DNA from: an uncultured bacterium
GTDB lineage: Bacteria; Babelota; Babeliae; Babelales; Vermiphilaceae
Assembly: GCA_963695335.1 (NCBI GenBank)
Contig: OY968764.1
Span: forward strand, 320,001-384,000
Reading direction: 5' to 3'
DNA length: 64,000 nucleotides
Each line of letters begins with the position of its first letter. The first letter of the stretch is position 1. This document shows positions 1 through 9,922 of the stretch, piece after piece. The notes under the pieces are model-generated. The model was not told the DNA's origin. It saw only the letters and a program-made list of their open reading frames with translations, and ran no database searches. Made by a program: the position numbers and the translations under genes.

Positions 1-2247
1 ATCTCGTAAGCGAGGTTCAATAATAGTTGGAGAGATGAATACGGTAAGATTATTTTTAATTGTTTCATTTTGCTTGCCTTTAAAGAACCATCCAAGTATT
101 GGAATTTTTCCTAAGAAAGGAGTTTCTTTGATTGTGGTGTTGTTGGTTGTTCTAATTAATCCTCCGAGAGCAAAAACACCACCACTTTTTACATAGGCAT
201 TGGTTTCAAGTTTTCGGATGGTAATAGTGTTGTTGGTAGTTTCAGTGGCATTAGAAATAAAATCATTAATCGTAACAAGCACTTGTAAATTGACTGTGTT
301 TGCACTACTAATACGAGGAGTAATTTTTACCGTAAGATTAGCAGATATTGGTTTATAGTTAATGGTTGTTGCACCTCCATAGTTAACACTCGAAATATCT
401 TTTACTTTATCAATAAGCCAACGTGTTTGACCGATAGAAACAGTGGCTTCTTTATTATTTTTTGCCATAACATGTGGATGCGATAATATTTTTGAGCTTG
501 TAAATGTTTGGAGTAGTTCCCACACGCTCCACGTATTGCCATTATTATCGTTGAGTGAAAGCATAGTAGTACCTGATAAAGCAAAATCGGTAAGATTACT
601 TGTGGCACCACTGGAAGGGTTTGCAAGAACTGGTTGACCATTAACATTGGTGTATGCATTTTGCAAAAGATTTGAATCAATAGAAGTTGTTGGTGTTGCG
701 GGGAGTTCAGTTGGTATTGGTTGTCCTAAAATAGCTGATTGAAACTCCATAGAATCAGGAAATGGAATTTTATCAGGAATACGTGACATAGCAGATAATG
801 CTCGTGTATCGTCAGCAGTTAAATCTGCAACTAATACTTCAATAAGAACTTGCCTTTGTGGAGTATCAAGCTCTTCAATCACTTTTTTGATCTGTTTCCA
901 ATCATCATTACGAGCAGCAATAACAAGATTGTTGCCGCCATAATAGGTAAAACGTTCTTGTTTATCACTGTTAGCGTTATCAGCATTTTTATCTACAGGG
1001 CTATCAGTTGAGATAATAACTTTGTCAAAGAAACGTTCAATTCCGCCACCTTTTGTTTCTCCCGCTGATGCTTGGTTTGGTCCACCAGAGCTACCGCCAC
1101 CTTGAACAATTTTTTCAATAACTGGTGCAAGTGCTGGTGCATCAAGGTATTGTAAATGATAGACGTGGAGAATTGATTTTCCTGAATCAGGTGCAACATC
1201 AATATATTTTTTAATAAAATCTTTTAATCGCTCCACTGCTTGTGGCCGTCCAAGAATAATAAGTTTATTTAAGCGAGGTTCGGCGATAATTTTGGTGAAT
1301 CCTGAAAAGTAAGGAATTTCTTTTGTTTTTTTGGTATCAAGACGATATGGATTGTTGGCATCTTGTTTAATGAGCTGTTCATTAATCAGTTGAGCAACAA
1401 TTTGTGCAGAAGTATGGCGAAGGGGAAGAATATCAATTTTTTCTTGGAAATTAGCTTGATCAAGCTCAAGAATAATTTTCATAACGGCGCGAACATCATT
1501 TGCTTTTGCAACAATCAACAAGCCATTAGTTGTTGAATCACCTTTGTATAAGGCGTTGTCAGGCAAAATATCTTTAAGTATACCATTGATCTCATTTTCT
1601 GGTTGATCAGAAATTTTGATATTTGATAAATAATAAAGATAACGAATTGGTTGATTACTGTCTGGTAAATCATCAGGATGAACACCAATATATGTTGGAA
1701 CTGGTTCGCGTGATATTTCTTTTCCTGAGCGTACAATTCTGATGGTAGATTCTTGTGGAACTATAAAAAATCCAGCGCCATCTAATAATGTCTTAAGAAT
1801 TTCCCATGCTTGCGAGAGAGTCACTTTTTTGTCGATATGCAGTGTTACTTTTACATTTAAAATGTCACCAGGAGGGAATATAACGTTAAGATTTTTTAAT
1901 GCTGCTAATTGATTAATGATGGTGATAATGTCTTCATTTTCATAATTAAAATTGAAATCGGCAACATCTGTTGCTGATTCTACTTCTGTTTCATCGCAAC
2001 GAGTTAACGATATAGTACATAAACTAGCAAAGATTATTAACAAGAGAGCTGTTCCCGCGCTCGTCCTGAGCCTGTTTAACCCCATCTTCAGTTCCTTCAG
2101 ACGGGGACCCCGGTTTGGAGTGAAACGAAAACTGGGGCAAAAGGATTTCTTCGAGCGCTCAAAGATACCCTTCGACGAGCTCAGGGCGAGCATAGGGAGA
2201 AAATTATTTGAAAGGAACTTTATGTGTAATTGTTTCATTATTTTCAT
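1..2247 (-). CDS. gspD: Second type II secretion secretin (GspD-like); 3' end lies beyond the window start; missing from the ORF track
   Basis: Manual translation from ATG at 2247 (after GGGGG): MKIMKQLH...TALLLIIFASLCTISLTRCDE...FNFNYENEDIITIINQLA. Near the window edge the same frame reads the secretin motif KETPFLGKIPILGWFFKGK...NLTVFISPTII. I read the two ends, not every internal codon. Confidence 0.9.
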   Translation of the reverse strand, partial: MKIMKQLHIKFLSNNFLPMLALSSSKGIFERSKKSFCPSFRFTPNRGPRLKELKMGLNRLRTSAGTALLLIIFASLCTISLTRCDETEVESATDVADFNFNYENEDIITIINQLAALKNLNVIFPPGDILNVKVTLHIDKKVTLSQAWEILKTLLDGAGFFIVPQESTIRIVRSGKEISREPVPTYIGVHPDDLPDSNQPIRYLYYLSNIKISDQPENEINGILKDILPDNALYKGDSTTNGLLIVAKANDVRAVMKIILELDQANFQEKIDILPLRHTSAQIVAQLINEQLIKQDANNPYRLDTKKTKEIPYFSGFTKIIAEPRLNKLIILGRPQAVERLKDFIKKYIDVAPDSGKSILHVYHLQYLDAPALAPVIEKIVQGGGSSGGPNQASAGETKGGGIERFFDKVIISTDSPVDKNADNANSDKQERFTYYGGNNLVIAARNDDWKQIKKVIEELDTPQRQVLIEVLVADLTADDTRALSAMSRIPDKIPFPDSMEFQSAILGQPIPTELPATPTTSIDSNLLQNAYTNVNGQPVLANPSSGATSNLTDFALSGTTMLSLNDNNGNTWSVWELLQTFTSSKILSHPHVMAKNNKEATVSIGQTRWLIDKVKDISSVNYGGATTINYKPISANLTVKITPRISSANTVNLQVLVTINDFISNATETTNNTITIRKLETNAYVKSGGVFALGGLIRTTNNTTIKETPFLGKIPILGWFFKGKQNETIKNNLTVFISPTIIEPRLRD
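2056..2191. repeat. Composite palindromic repeat (family A with nested family B), in frame in the gspD' N-terminus
   Basis: CGCGCTCGTCCTGAGCCTGT-[TTAACCCCATC...GGGGCAA]-AAGG...CCCTTCGACGAGCTCAGGGCGAGC; close copy at 57830-57967. Confidence 0.9.
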
Positions 2248-2259
2248 GTACCTTGCCCC

Positions 2260-2829
2260 CTAGGTGGTAGTGCTTTCTATTTTTGGTAATAATGTAGAAA
2301 TAGTAAGGCTCACTTCAATTGTTCTTGGTTTCTTTTTTGATTGAGTAATTTCAAGTCTATTAGTTGCTACGCGAGAGTTTTGTTCAATTTCTTGTAGCAA
2401 CTCTGTAAGATCTTTCATAGACATATCTTCAAATTTTGCACTCAATTCACTTTTTCGATAATTTTCTTCAAGATCTGCAGTAGATGTTTCTTCTGCAACT
2501 TCTTTATCTTTAAGATTTAGTTTAACCAAAAGATTTTTAAAGTATCCACCAATTTTAAAATCCATATCTTTTGCAAGTGTTTCTTCCACCATTGAGCGTT
2601 GCTGTTGCACAGAGGATGCTTTTTCTAAGATGGTTAAAATTTCTTCACGTGAGCTGTTTATATTTTTTATTTTTCGTTGTAATGTACCAACTGATCGGTA
2701 GTAATAAAAAATGATGAGTATGCATAGCAATACGCATCCAACAGCATATCCAATCATGTAATAGGAGAAGGTTTTTGAATCTATTTTATTAATAAAATTT
2801 TTTATTGGTTCAAGAAACGTCAACGTCAT
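2260..2829 (-). CDS. gspM: T2SS GspM/PilO-like inner-membrane platform protein
   Basis: Single N-terminal TM, coiled coil, C-terminal ferredoxin-like segment (LTELLQEIEQ...LEITQS...IEVSLTIST); overlaps the gspL stop. Confidence 0.7.
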   Translation of the reverse strand: MTLTFLEPIKNFINKIDSKTFSYYMIGYAVGCVLLCILIIFYYYRSVGTLQRKIKNINSSREEILTILEKASSVQQQRSMVEETLAKDMDFKIGGYFKNLLVKLNLKDKEVAEETSTADLEENYRKSELSAKFEDMSMKDLTELLQEIEQNSRVATNRLEITQSKKKPRTIEVSLTISTLLPKIESTTT

Positions 2830-4457
2830 GAGAGCTCCTCATTTTTTGCTAATGGTATCTTTAGGGTAAATTGTGGAGTTTCAGGCGATTCAAATGGCTT
2901 GAACAGCTTTGATTGTGCTAATTCACGTCCAAGAACTTTAAGAGCGTCATGGTCTTTAACTTCAGCTTTGATTGTTAATGTATCTTCATCAATACTGAGT
3001 TGTTCAATGTTGAAACCGGTGCTTTTTTTATCAATTTTTTCAACAAGTTCACGTAAATATTGTAAGAAAGATGCGCGCGATTGTTGTGAGAATGCAAACC
3101 ATCTTTTTTTCTGTTCTTCCACTTCTTGTTCTGCCTCATCAATTGCATCGCTTAAATTGGATTCACCTTCTAATGTTTTAAAGGTAGATGTAAGTGCTGA
3201 AAGAGCTTCTTGTTCAGAGAGATGAATCTCTTTTTTAAGTTTGCTTGTTTGTAATGAATAGTGAGTGATAAGTGTTGTAAATAGGCCTATCGTAAGAACA
3301 ACAAGCACAATTAACTGTTTGAGGAGCAATGAATTATCGGCTGATTTAAATTCTTTTTGTGCAAGATTATAATCAACTGTTGTTGGCAATGGTAATGAGG
3401 CACTGACGCTGATAACATTAATAGGAGTTATACTGTTAACATTTTTGATAGTAAGTGCTGCAGTTTGATTTATATAGTCAGGATTAAAAAGTTCGCAAGG
3501 TACTTTGCTTTTTTGACCAACAAAGTTAATGAGTCCTTTAATAAGAGCTCCTTTACCAAGAAAAATAATTTTTGTTATTGGCTGTTGATTAAGAAATTGT
3601 CGAGAAAATGCATTGAGTGTAAAATCTATAGAATTCCACCAATCTGAAACATTTTTTTCTACAGCTGATGAATATTCAGGAGTGTCATTTGCTTCAAGAC
3701 CAAATCGTAGAAGATGATCAACAACTTCTTGAGGAGTTTTATTGAGGTCTTGAGCAATTTGTTTTGTTAAAGCAATGATACCTTTTGGGATCGTACGCAT
3801 TGTTTTTAACTGCCCATTAATAATAAGAATGATATTTGTTGTATAGGAAGTTATATACATGAGTATAGCGCCACCTGATAGTTGTTTGTAAACATCTATT
3901 TGCTGATAAAGACCGTATAGGGCAATAATATCAATGGTGATTACATCTGGTTTTAATCCTACTGCTTCAAACATTTGTATATGTTGTATGATGTGTTGTT
4001 TTTGAACAGCAGTTATCATAATTTCTGAACTTTTTTCTTCAGGAATCTCTCGTGTAATAACAAAATCAATAACAGCATCACGAAGTGAAAATGGTAGGAG
4101 TGGTTCTATTTCAAACCCTACAACCATGCTGATTTTTTCACGTGACGTAAATGGTAATTTAAGTTCTTTAAATACTGCAACAGAACTTGGTAATATAGTA
4201 TGTATTTCATCATATTTACCAAGTTTAGAAAAAATAGATTGCAAAGCAGGAGATGTTTTTTCAAGATTTTCTTCTGATATCTCTTCTGGTATTGTTTCTT
4301 CAATCACAAGTTCGATGGTGCTCGTAGTCCCATTGATACGCGTTTTTGTTGCAATGATACTTGTTTTATTAATCTCAATACCAATAACTGTTTTTGGAAA
4401 AAGATAATAAGAATGTATTTTTTCTGGTAAAAAAATGTCTTTAATCAGTTGGCTCAT
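2826..4457 (-). CDS. gspL: T2SS GspL-like protein (PilM-like cytoplasmic domain, TM, PilN-like periplasmic domain)
   Basis: VIGIEIN, FKELKLPF, FEIEPLLPF, IIFLGKGALIKGL motifs; TM near residue 380; lies between gspD and gspM. Confidence 0.75.
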   Translation of the reverse strand: MSQLIKDIFLPEKIHSYYLFPKTVIGIEINKTSIIATKTRINGTTSTIELVIEETIPEEISEENLEKTSPALQSIFSKLGKYDEIHTILPSSVAVFKELKLPFTSREKISMVVGFEIEPLLPFSLRDAVIDFVITREIPEEKSSEIMITAVQKQHIIQHIQMFEAVGLKPDVITIDIIALYGLYQQIDVYKQLSGGAILMYITSYTTNIILIINGQLKTMRTIPKGIIALTKQIAQDLNKTPQEVVDHLLRFGLEANDTPEYSSAVEKNVSDWWNSIDFTLNAFSRQFLNQQPITKIIFLGKGALIKGLINFVGQKSKVPCELFNPDYINQTAALTIKNVNSITPINVISVSASLPLPTTVDYNLAQKEFKSADNSLLLKQLIVLVVLTIGLFTTLITHYSLQTSKLKKEIHLSEQEALSALTSTFKTLEGESNLSDAIDEAEQEVEEQKKRWFAFSQQSRASFLQYLRELVEKIDKKSTGFNIEQLSIDEDTLTIKAEVKDHDALKVLGRELAQSKLFKPFESPETPQFTLKIPLAKNEELS

Positions 4458-6988
4458 GCTGCAACCTCCTTGTCATTCAAAAAGTCTGTGAGGGCCAGTT
4501 GTGTGCGTTTTTTGTTGTGCATTTTTTCTATCAGACTATTGTTGTGAACTGTTTGAGTTGTCGGAGCTTCTTGTGGTGCTTCCTGTTTTTCTTCTTCTTG
4601 TTTTTTTTGATGACGTTCAAAAATAAGCCCTTCAACAGATCCTTGCGCTCGTAATGCTTTGTCGCGGAAGAATAAGCGATCAATAGGGTCTTGTTGGCTG
4701 GTCACATAATCCATAGCATCAACTGTTGCTTGATAGTCTGCCAAATGATCACGATTATATGATTGCATATCTTCATCTTTAAGTGATTCTATGATGCGAG
4801 TTGAAATGAGCACAAGAAGACTATTTTTTGTGAGCGTTTTCTTTTTATTTTTAAAGAACCAGCCAAGGATAGGAATGTCGCCGAGTATTGGCACTTTGCT
4901 TTCAACATACTCTGTATCATTCTTAATTAAACCACCAATTGCAAGAACTTCTTTATTTGCAACAATAGCATTGGTGTAAATCTCTCTTGTGTTTTGTGTA
5001 GCATCTGTTTGATCAACAAGATTGGTAAACTGATTGATTTTGATTGCTATAGCAAGGTTAATCATCCCATCTGAGTTAATATGCGGTGTGATTGTTACTT
5101 CAAGGTTTGCCTGATCAGCATCAAAAGCATCTTGATTAGTTCCTCCTGCTACAACCTGCGCTGTTACGATACGGCGTTCTTCACCAATTTTAACGGTAGA
5201 TTTAGCATTGTTTGTAGCAAGAATAAATGGATTAGAGATAACTTCAGCATCAGTTACTGTTTGTAGTGCTTGGAAAATACCCCACACACCAAAAGCATCT
5301 TGACCAAGCGTTAAGAGTGATGTTCCTGGAACAGCGCCTGTAACAAGATTGACAAGATTTCCAAGTAATCTATTGGTACCACTTGTAGGATCAGGATTTG
5401 CAACGATTCCTGAAGTTCCATATAAACCTGATGTTTGGAATTTAATATTGTTACCAAGTAAACCGTTTGGTCCTGGTTCTTTACTACGCAATTGCGCACC
5501 TAAACTTTTTGTATCAGTAAGATCAACGGTTGCTATCAATACTTCAATAGCTGCTTGTGGTTGCCGTGCATCAAGCTGAGCAATAACTTTTTGTGCTTTT
5601 AAATAATCTTCATAATGACCTTTAATGATCAGTTTATTTGTTTCTTTTTCAGGGATAAAGGCCATTGGTTTCATGTATTGATCTTCACCACGCACACCAC
5701 CAAATTTTCCTGCTTCTGTATCTTGGCCAAATGCGGTGAGCTTGGTCATGATATCAGCAATTGTTTCTGCATCTGCATATTTAAGTTGGTATGTATAGAG
5801 TGGAGAGTATGCTTGATCAAGTTCAACATCAATATACTTCATAATAAATTGTTCAATTTTTTTAATTGAATTACTTGGTCCGAGCAAAATAAGTGTGTTA
5901 GTGCGAGGATCAGCAATCATGCGAGTGTTCTCTGGAAAAAAGAGAGAGGTTGGTTGTTTTTTAGTAAAGAATCGTGATTGTGGTTCTTCTTTGGGTAATA
6001 ATTCTTTATAGAGTTCTTGTACTTGTCTTGCATCAGCATTGCGCAACTTAAGCACTGACATTGATTCTGGTGTACTAACTTTATCAAGTTCTTTAACGAT
6101 TGACATGAGCATTTTGATGTTATAAGACTTATCAGTCAAAATAAAGCCTTTATGTTCTTTGAGTTCAATGAGCCCTTGTGAGCTGCTACTTCTGAGTGGA
6201 TTTATAATTCCCATGATAGTATCTGGTGATGCATTTTCGAGAAAATAAACATATCGAATAAGTTCATCGGTGTCAGGAAGTGTTGCAGGGTCAACACCAA
6301 TAAATGTTGGAAGCGCTGCTTTACGTGCAGACTCTATGGTAGTGATACGAAATATTTTTGGATCTGCTTGTGGTGTAACGGCAAAACCAGCAAGATCAAG
6401 GAATGTAACAAAGAGATTCCATGTTTCTTTTTTTGAAAGAGGCTGATTTGTTTTAAATGATATCTTGTTATTTTTTATTGCTTTTTTGCCTTGTGGCAGT
6501 GGATTGATCGCATCATCGGTGATTAAAGTTATTTCGAATATATCTTCAATCTGTTTAGCAAAATTCTCAAGGCCCGCATTTTCAAAATTAAGTTCTATGC
6601 TGTCTTCTTCATCTTCATCATGTATAGGAGCAGGAGGTATTTCTATCGGTTGGGCTGCTAAGTTTGGTGCAGCAGGTTTTTGTGGTTCAACAAATGGATC
6701 AGTATACTGGTGCGTAAGTTTTGGTGCATTAGGAGTTTGAATACGTTCTTGCATTTGCGGCAAGCCGACAGTTGCAGGAGCGGTTGCCGCTTGCATTAAT
6801 TTTGTTCTGTTATCTTGTTGCTCTTGTTGGTACGCATCAATATTCATATGCGTTTTAACGTTCTTCTTGACGACAGTTTTATCTGCCGACTTTTTTTTAT
6901 TACGATAACGTTTTCTACTGCCTGTGTGCGTGACGCTTGCAACAGCAAGCATCAATAAAAAACAGAGATGGATGGTACGTTTATTCAT
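4454..6988 (-). CDS. gspD: Type II secretion secretin GspD
   Basis: Signal peptide, LNFENA N0 domain, LKLRNADA/LKYADA N domains, LDARQPQAAIEVLI, SKVPILGDIPILGWFFK. Confidence 0.93.
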   Translation of the reverse strand: MNKRTIHLCFLLMLAVASVTHTGSRKRYRNKKKSADKTVVKKNVKTHMNIDAYQQEQQDNRTKLMQAATAPATVGLPQMQERIQTPNAPKLTHQYTDPFVEPQKPAAPNLAAQPIEIPPAPIHDEDEEDSIELNFENAGLENFAKQIEDIFEITLITDDAINPLPQGKKAIKNNKISFKTNQPLSKKETWNLFVTFLDLAGFAVTPQADPKIFRITTIESARKAALPTFIGVDPATLPDTDELIRYVYFLENASPDTIMGIINPLRSSSSQGLIELKEHKGFILTDKSYNIKMLMSIVKELDKVSTPESMSVLKLRNADARQVQELYKELLPKEEPQSRFFTKKQPTSLFFPENTRMIADPRTNTLILLGPSNSIKKIEQFIMKYIDVELDQAYSPLYTYQLKYADAETIADIMTKLTAFGQDTEAGKFGGVRGEDQYMKPMAFIPEKETNKLIIKGHYEDYLKAQKVIAQLDARQPQAAIEVLIATVDLTDTKSLGAQLRSKEPGPNGLLGNNIKFQTSGLYGTSGIVANPDPTSGTNRLLGNLVNLVTGAVPGTSLLTLGQDAFGVWGIFQALQTVTDAEVISNPFILATNNAKSTVKIGEERRIVTAQVVAGGTNQDAFDADQANLEVTITPHINSDGMINLAIAIKINQFTNLVDQTDATQNTREIYTNAIVANKEVLAIGGLIKNDTEYVESKVPILGDIPILGWFFKNKKKTLTKNSLLVLISTRIIESLKDEDMQSYNRDHLADYQATVDAMDYVTSQQDPIDRLFFRDKALRAQGSVEGLIFERHQKKQEEEKQEAPQEAPTTQTVHNNSLIEKMHNKKRTQLALTDFLNDKEVAA

Positions 6989-7001
6989 ATTTTTACTCAG
7001 T

Positions 7002-8147
7002 TCAACTGCTGCTATGCATTAAAGATCGACCTTGTTGAAACATTCTTTGATGGTCTTCTCTTTTTATTTTATCTACCGTAGGAGCAAATGCATGTTGTTG
7101 TTGTTTAATAGTTTCAGTTTTTTTTACTTGCCCTTCGACCTGCTCTCCGTAGCCTTGGCGTGGGAGAGAGTTTGGAGAGCGAAGTAGGGTGTGTTTTTCT
7201 TCTGTGTTATTATGCTCTTTTTCTGTTGTAGTAAAATCTTCTAATGTATAGACGATTTCCATTTCTCTATTTTTGCGGATCAGTTTTATAGTTACGGTGT
7301 TGCCTGGTTTTAATGAAGTTACGTTTTTATAAATTGCAAGACGTTCTTCTGTTGTTTGCGCAGGAATATTATTAATGGAAGTAACTATGTCACCATTTTG
7401 TAACCCGATGAGCTGACCAAATGGAGATTTGGTGAGATTTCCAATTCTCAGCCCAAGACTTTTACCTTGTTGGTATGCGGTTGTTGCGTTGAGAAGATCA
7501 ATGCATTCAGTTAAGTTTTTAACATGTTCAACAAATGCTTTTGGATTAATAAGATAGGTATTTTGTCCTGTTTTTTTAACAACTGTTTCCCATTCATGAG
7601 AGAGTGAATATGCAGGATCAATTTTGGTATCTTGTTCACGCAGGTATAATACTTCTTGTTGGCCGTTGAGACGTAAGAAAATTATTTTATTTTTAAAAAT
7701 ACGTATTAACTGCGCATCTTGAATAAGATCACCAACTTTATAGGTTCCCTCTTGCATTGTTTTATTATCTTGAATCATTGCTCTGTTTTTTGAATCATTA
7801 GAACCTACAACAATAATTCCTTTCAGTGTAACCTGCAGAGGATCAAGAAATTCAGGTTCAACAATTGCAGGAATAACTATTTTTTGTTGCGCTGGAGGTT
7901 CTGGGAATGGAATGGTTGATTCAAGTTGTTTTATTCGCGGTAGCTCTTTGCTATACGTACCAAAAAGATCATCTTCATATATTTTTCTGATATTAATAGC
8001 AACTTTTGATTCTTTTCGTGGTAATGCTTGAGACGGTTCAATATCTTCGCGGTGTGGAATTTTGACACTTGATATAAAAATAAATGCAAAAGCAGCAAGG
8101 ACTAGAGAAAGCAGTCCAAGATTTATAATCCAAAAAGGATGTTTCAT
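7002..8147 (-). CDS. gspC: T2SS GspC-like protein with PDZ domain
   Basis: N-terminal TM, TLKGIIV...RAMI HR domain, PDZ (GLQNGDIVTSINN); directly upstream of gspD. Confidence 0.8.
   Translation of the reverse strand: MKHPFWIINLGLLSLVLAAFAFIFISSVKIPHREDIEPSQALPRKESKVAINIRKIYEDDLFGTYSKELPRIKQLESTIPFPEPPAQQKIVIPAIVEPEFLDPLQVTLKGIIVVGSNDSKNRAMIQDNKTMQEGTYKVGDLIQDAQLIRIFKNKIIFLRLNGQQEVLYLREQDTKIDPAYSLSHEWETVVKKTGQNTYLINPKAFVEHVKNLTECIDLLNATTAYQQGKSLGLRIGNLTKSPFGQLIGLQNGDIVTSINNIPAQTTEERLAIYKNVTSLKPGNTVTIKLIRKNREMEIVYTLEDFTTTEKEHNNTEEKHTLLRSPNSLPRQGYGEQVEGQVKKTETIKQQQHAFAPTVDKIKREDHQRMFQQGRSLMHSSS
7127..7189. repeat. Family C palindrome nested in another family C copy, in frame in the gspC tail
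   Basis: CTTGCCCTTCGA-[CCTGCTCTCCGTAGCCTTGGCGTGGGAGAG]-AGTTTGGAGAGCGAAGTAGGG; read as TLLRSPNSLPRQGYGEQVEGQ. Confidence 0.8.
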
Positions 8148-8258
8148 TGCGCATTCCTTGCATTATTTTTTTATTTTTTCACAATAGCGTTCTTGGCTTA
8201 CCCTTGTCAAGTATACCAATAGATCTGTTTTTTAAGAAGATGAAAAAAAATATTACTT

Positions 8259-9252
8259 TTACGGCGTAGGAATGGTGTTTATTATTTTTTTAATAATATG
8301 ATCAGCAGTGACATGATCAGCTTCAGCTTCATACGTTAAATGCATTCTATGCCGCAGAGCAGGGAAACACACAGCTTTAACATCATCTGGTGTTACATAA
8401 TGCCGTTTAGCCAAAAATGCATGTGTTTTTGCTGCATTATATAACGCAAGTGTTGCACGCGGTGAAACACCATAATTAATATATGATGCAATGTCTTGTA
8501 ATCTATATTCTGCAGGTTTGCGTGTCGCAAAAACAATTGCAAGGATGTACTGTTATTATTTTTTCATCAACGTACACCGATTGCGTTAATTGTTGCGATT
8601 CAAGAATGTCATTTTTAGTTAACACTTGCATGATTGGGCTTGTGGCAACTGAACGGTTTAAAATTTCAAGTTCTTCAAATATCGTTGGATAATCAACATG
8701 AATTTTAAACAAAAAACGATCAAGTTGCGCTTCAGGCAAACGGTATGTGCCTTCTTGTTCAACAGGGTTTTGTGTTGCAAATACTAAAAATGGTGCATCA
8801 AGTTTGTACGTATGCGATCCGATAGTTACTTGTTGTTCTTGCATTGCTTCTAATAGTGCTGCTTGAACTTTTGCTGGAGCACGATTAATTTCATCAGCAA
8901 GAATTAAGTTGGCAAAAATTGGTCCTTTTTTTGTTTCAAAATCATGTGTTTTTGGATTAAAAATTAAGGTGCCAATTAAATCTGATGGTAATAAATCTGG
9001 TGTAAATTGAATTCTATTAAATGTAAGGCCCAGTGCAGATGCAGCAGCTTTGATCATGGTTGTTTTTGCAACGCCTGGAACACCTTCTAAAAGAATGTGA
9101 CCTTTGCACAAAATGGCGTTAACAATGAGATCGATGATGTGATTTTGCCCAACAATAACTTTGCCTATTTCTGTTGGTAAATCTTTAAAACGGTTACTTT
9201 CTAATTTAATTTGATCAATAATTGTTTGATTTGGAACGGTATTATGTATCAT
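8259..9252 (-). pseudogene. moxR: MoxR-family AAA+ ATPase with one frameshift near 8553
   Basis: Walker [36 protein letters not shown]. The C-terminus ([11 protein letters not shown]...YGVSPRATLAL...YVTPDDVKAV...LRHR...IPTP*) continues in another frame to TAA at 8259-8261. Confidence 0.88.
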
Positions 9253-9376
9253 GGTTTGCTCCGCGCTCGAAGATATTTAATATATTTCGACTTTAAGGAT
9301 AGCTTCTTATAAAATAGTTTTATGTATGTAGTAATAACGTTACCACGATCTTGTAATCAGTTCAACAAGGAGACTT

Positions 9377-9898
9377 ATGATTCTTTCTGGAAATGAAATT
9401 AGACGCCGTTTAGGAAAAGATCTTTCCATAGAACCGTTTAATGTATCGCAACTCGGTCCCAACAGTTATAATTTGCGTTTGCATAATGAGTTGATGATAT
9501 ATGATGAACCTCATCTTGATATGAAAAAAGAGCACCAAATTAAAACTCTCACTATTCCTGAAGAAGGACTGTTATTAGAAGCTGGGCAACTGTATTTGGG
9601 CAGAACTGTTGAATACACCAAAACTGATACATTGGTTCCCATGATTGAAGGGCGTTCATCAATTGGCAGATTAGGATTATTTATTCACGTAACTGCTGGA
9701 TTTGGTGATGTTGGTTTTAAGGGGTATTGGACGCTTGAAATATTCTGTGTACAACCAGTGCGCATTTACGCAGGCGTTGAAATATGTCAGATTTTTTATC
9801 ACACCATTGAAGGTGATTACGCAACATATAACAGTAATAAATATCAAAATAATCGCGGCATTCAGCCGAGTATGTTGTATAAAGATTTTCAAAAATAA
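9377..9898 (+). CDS. dcd: dCTP deaminase
   Basis: PNSYNLRL, EGRSSIGRLG, TAGFGDVGFKGYWTLEI, ICQIFY, KYQN motifs; AGGAG RBS. Confidence 0.93.
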   Translation: MILSGNEIRRRLGKDLSIEPFNVSQLGPNSYNLRLHNELMIYDEPHLDMKKEHQIKTLTIPEEGLLLEAGQLYLGRTVEYTKTDTLVPMIEGRSSIGRLGLFIHVTAGFGDVGFKGYWTLEIFCVQPVRIYAGVEICQIFYHTIEGDYATYNSNKYQNNRGIQPSMLYKDFQK

Positions 9899-9922
9899 TT
9901 TACACATGAATGGGGGATTTTT

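Noticed and set aside
402..1736. Short ORFs listed in 402-1736
   Set aside because: They are off-frame or antisense to the gspD' reading frame.
1952..2263. 103-aa plus-strand ORF, and similar ORFs at 19558, 36646, 37677, 47481, 57821 and 62600
   Set aside because: They are translations of repeat elements and/or antisense shadows of real genes.
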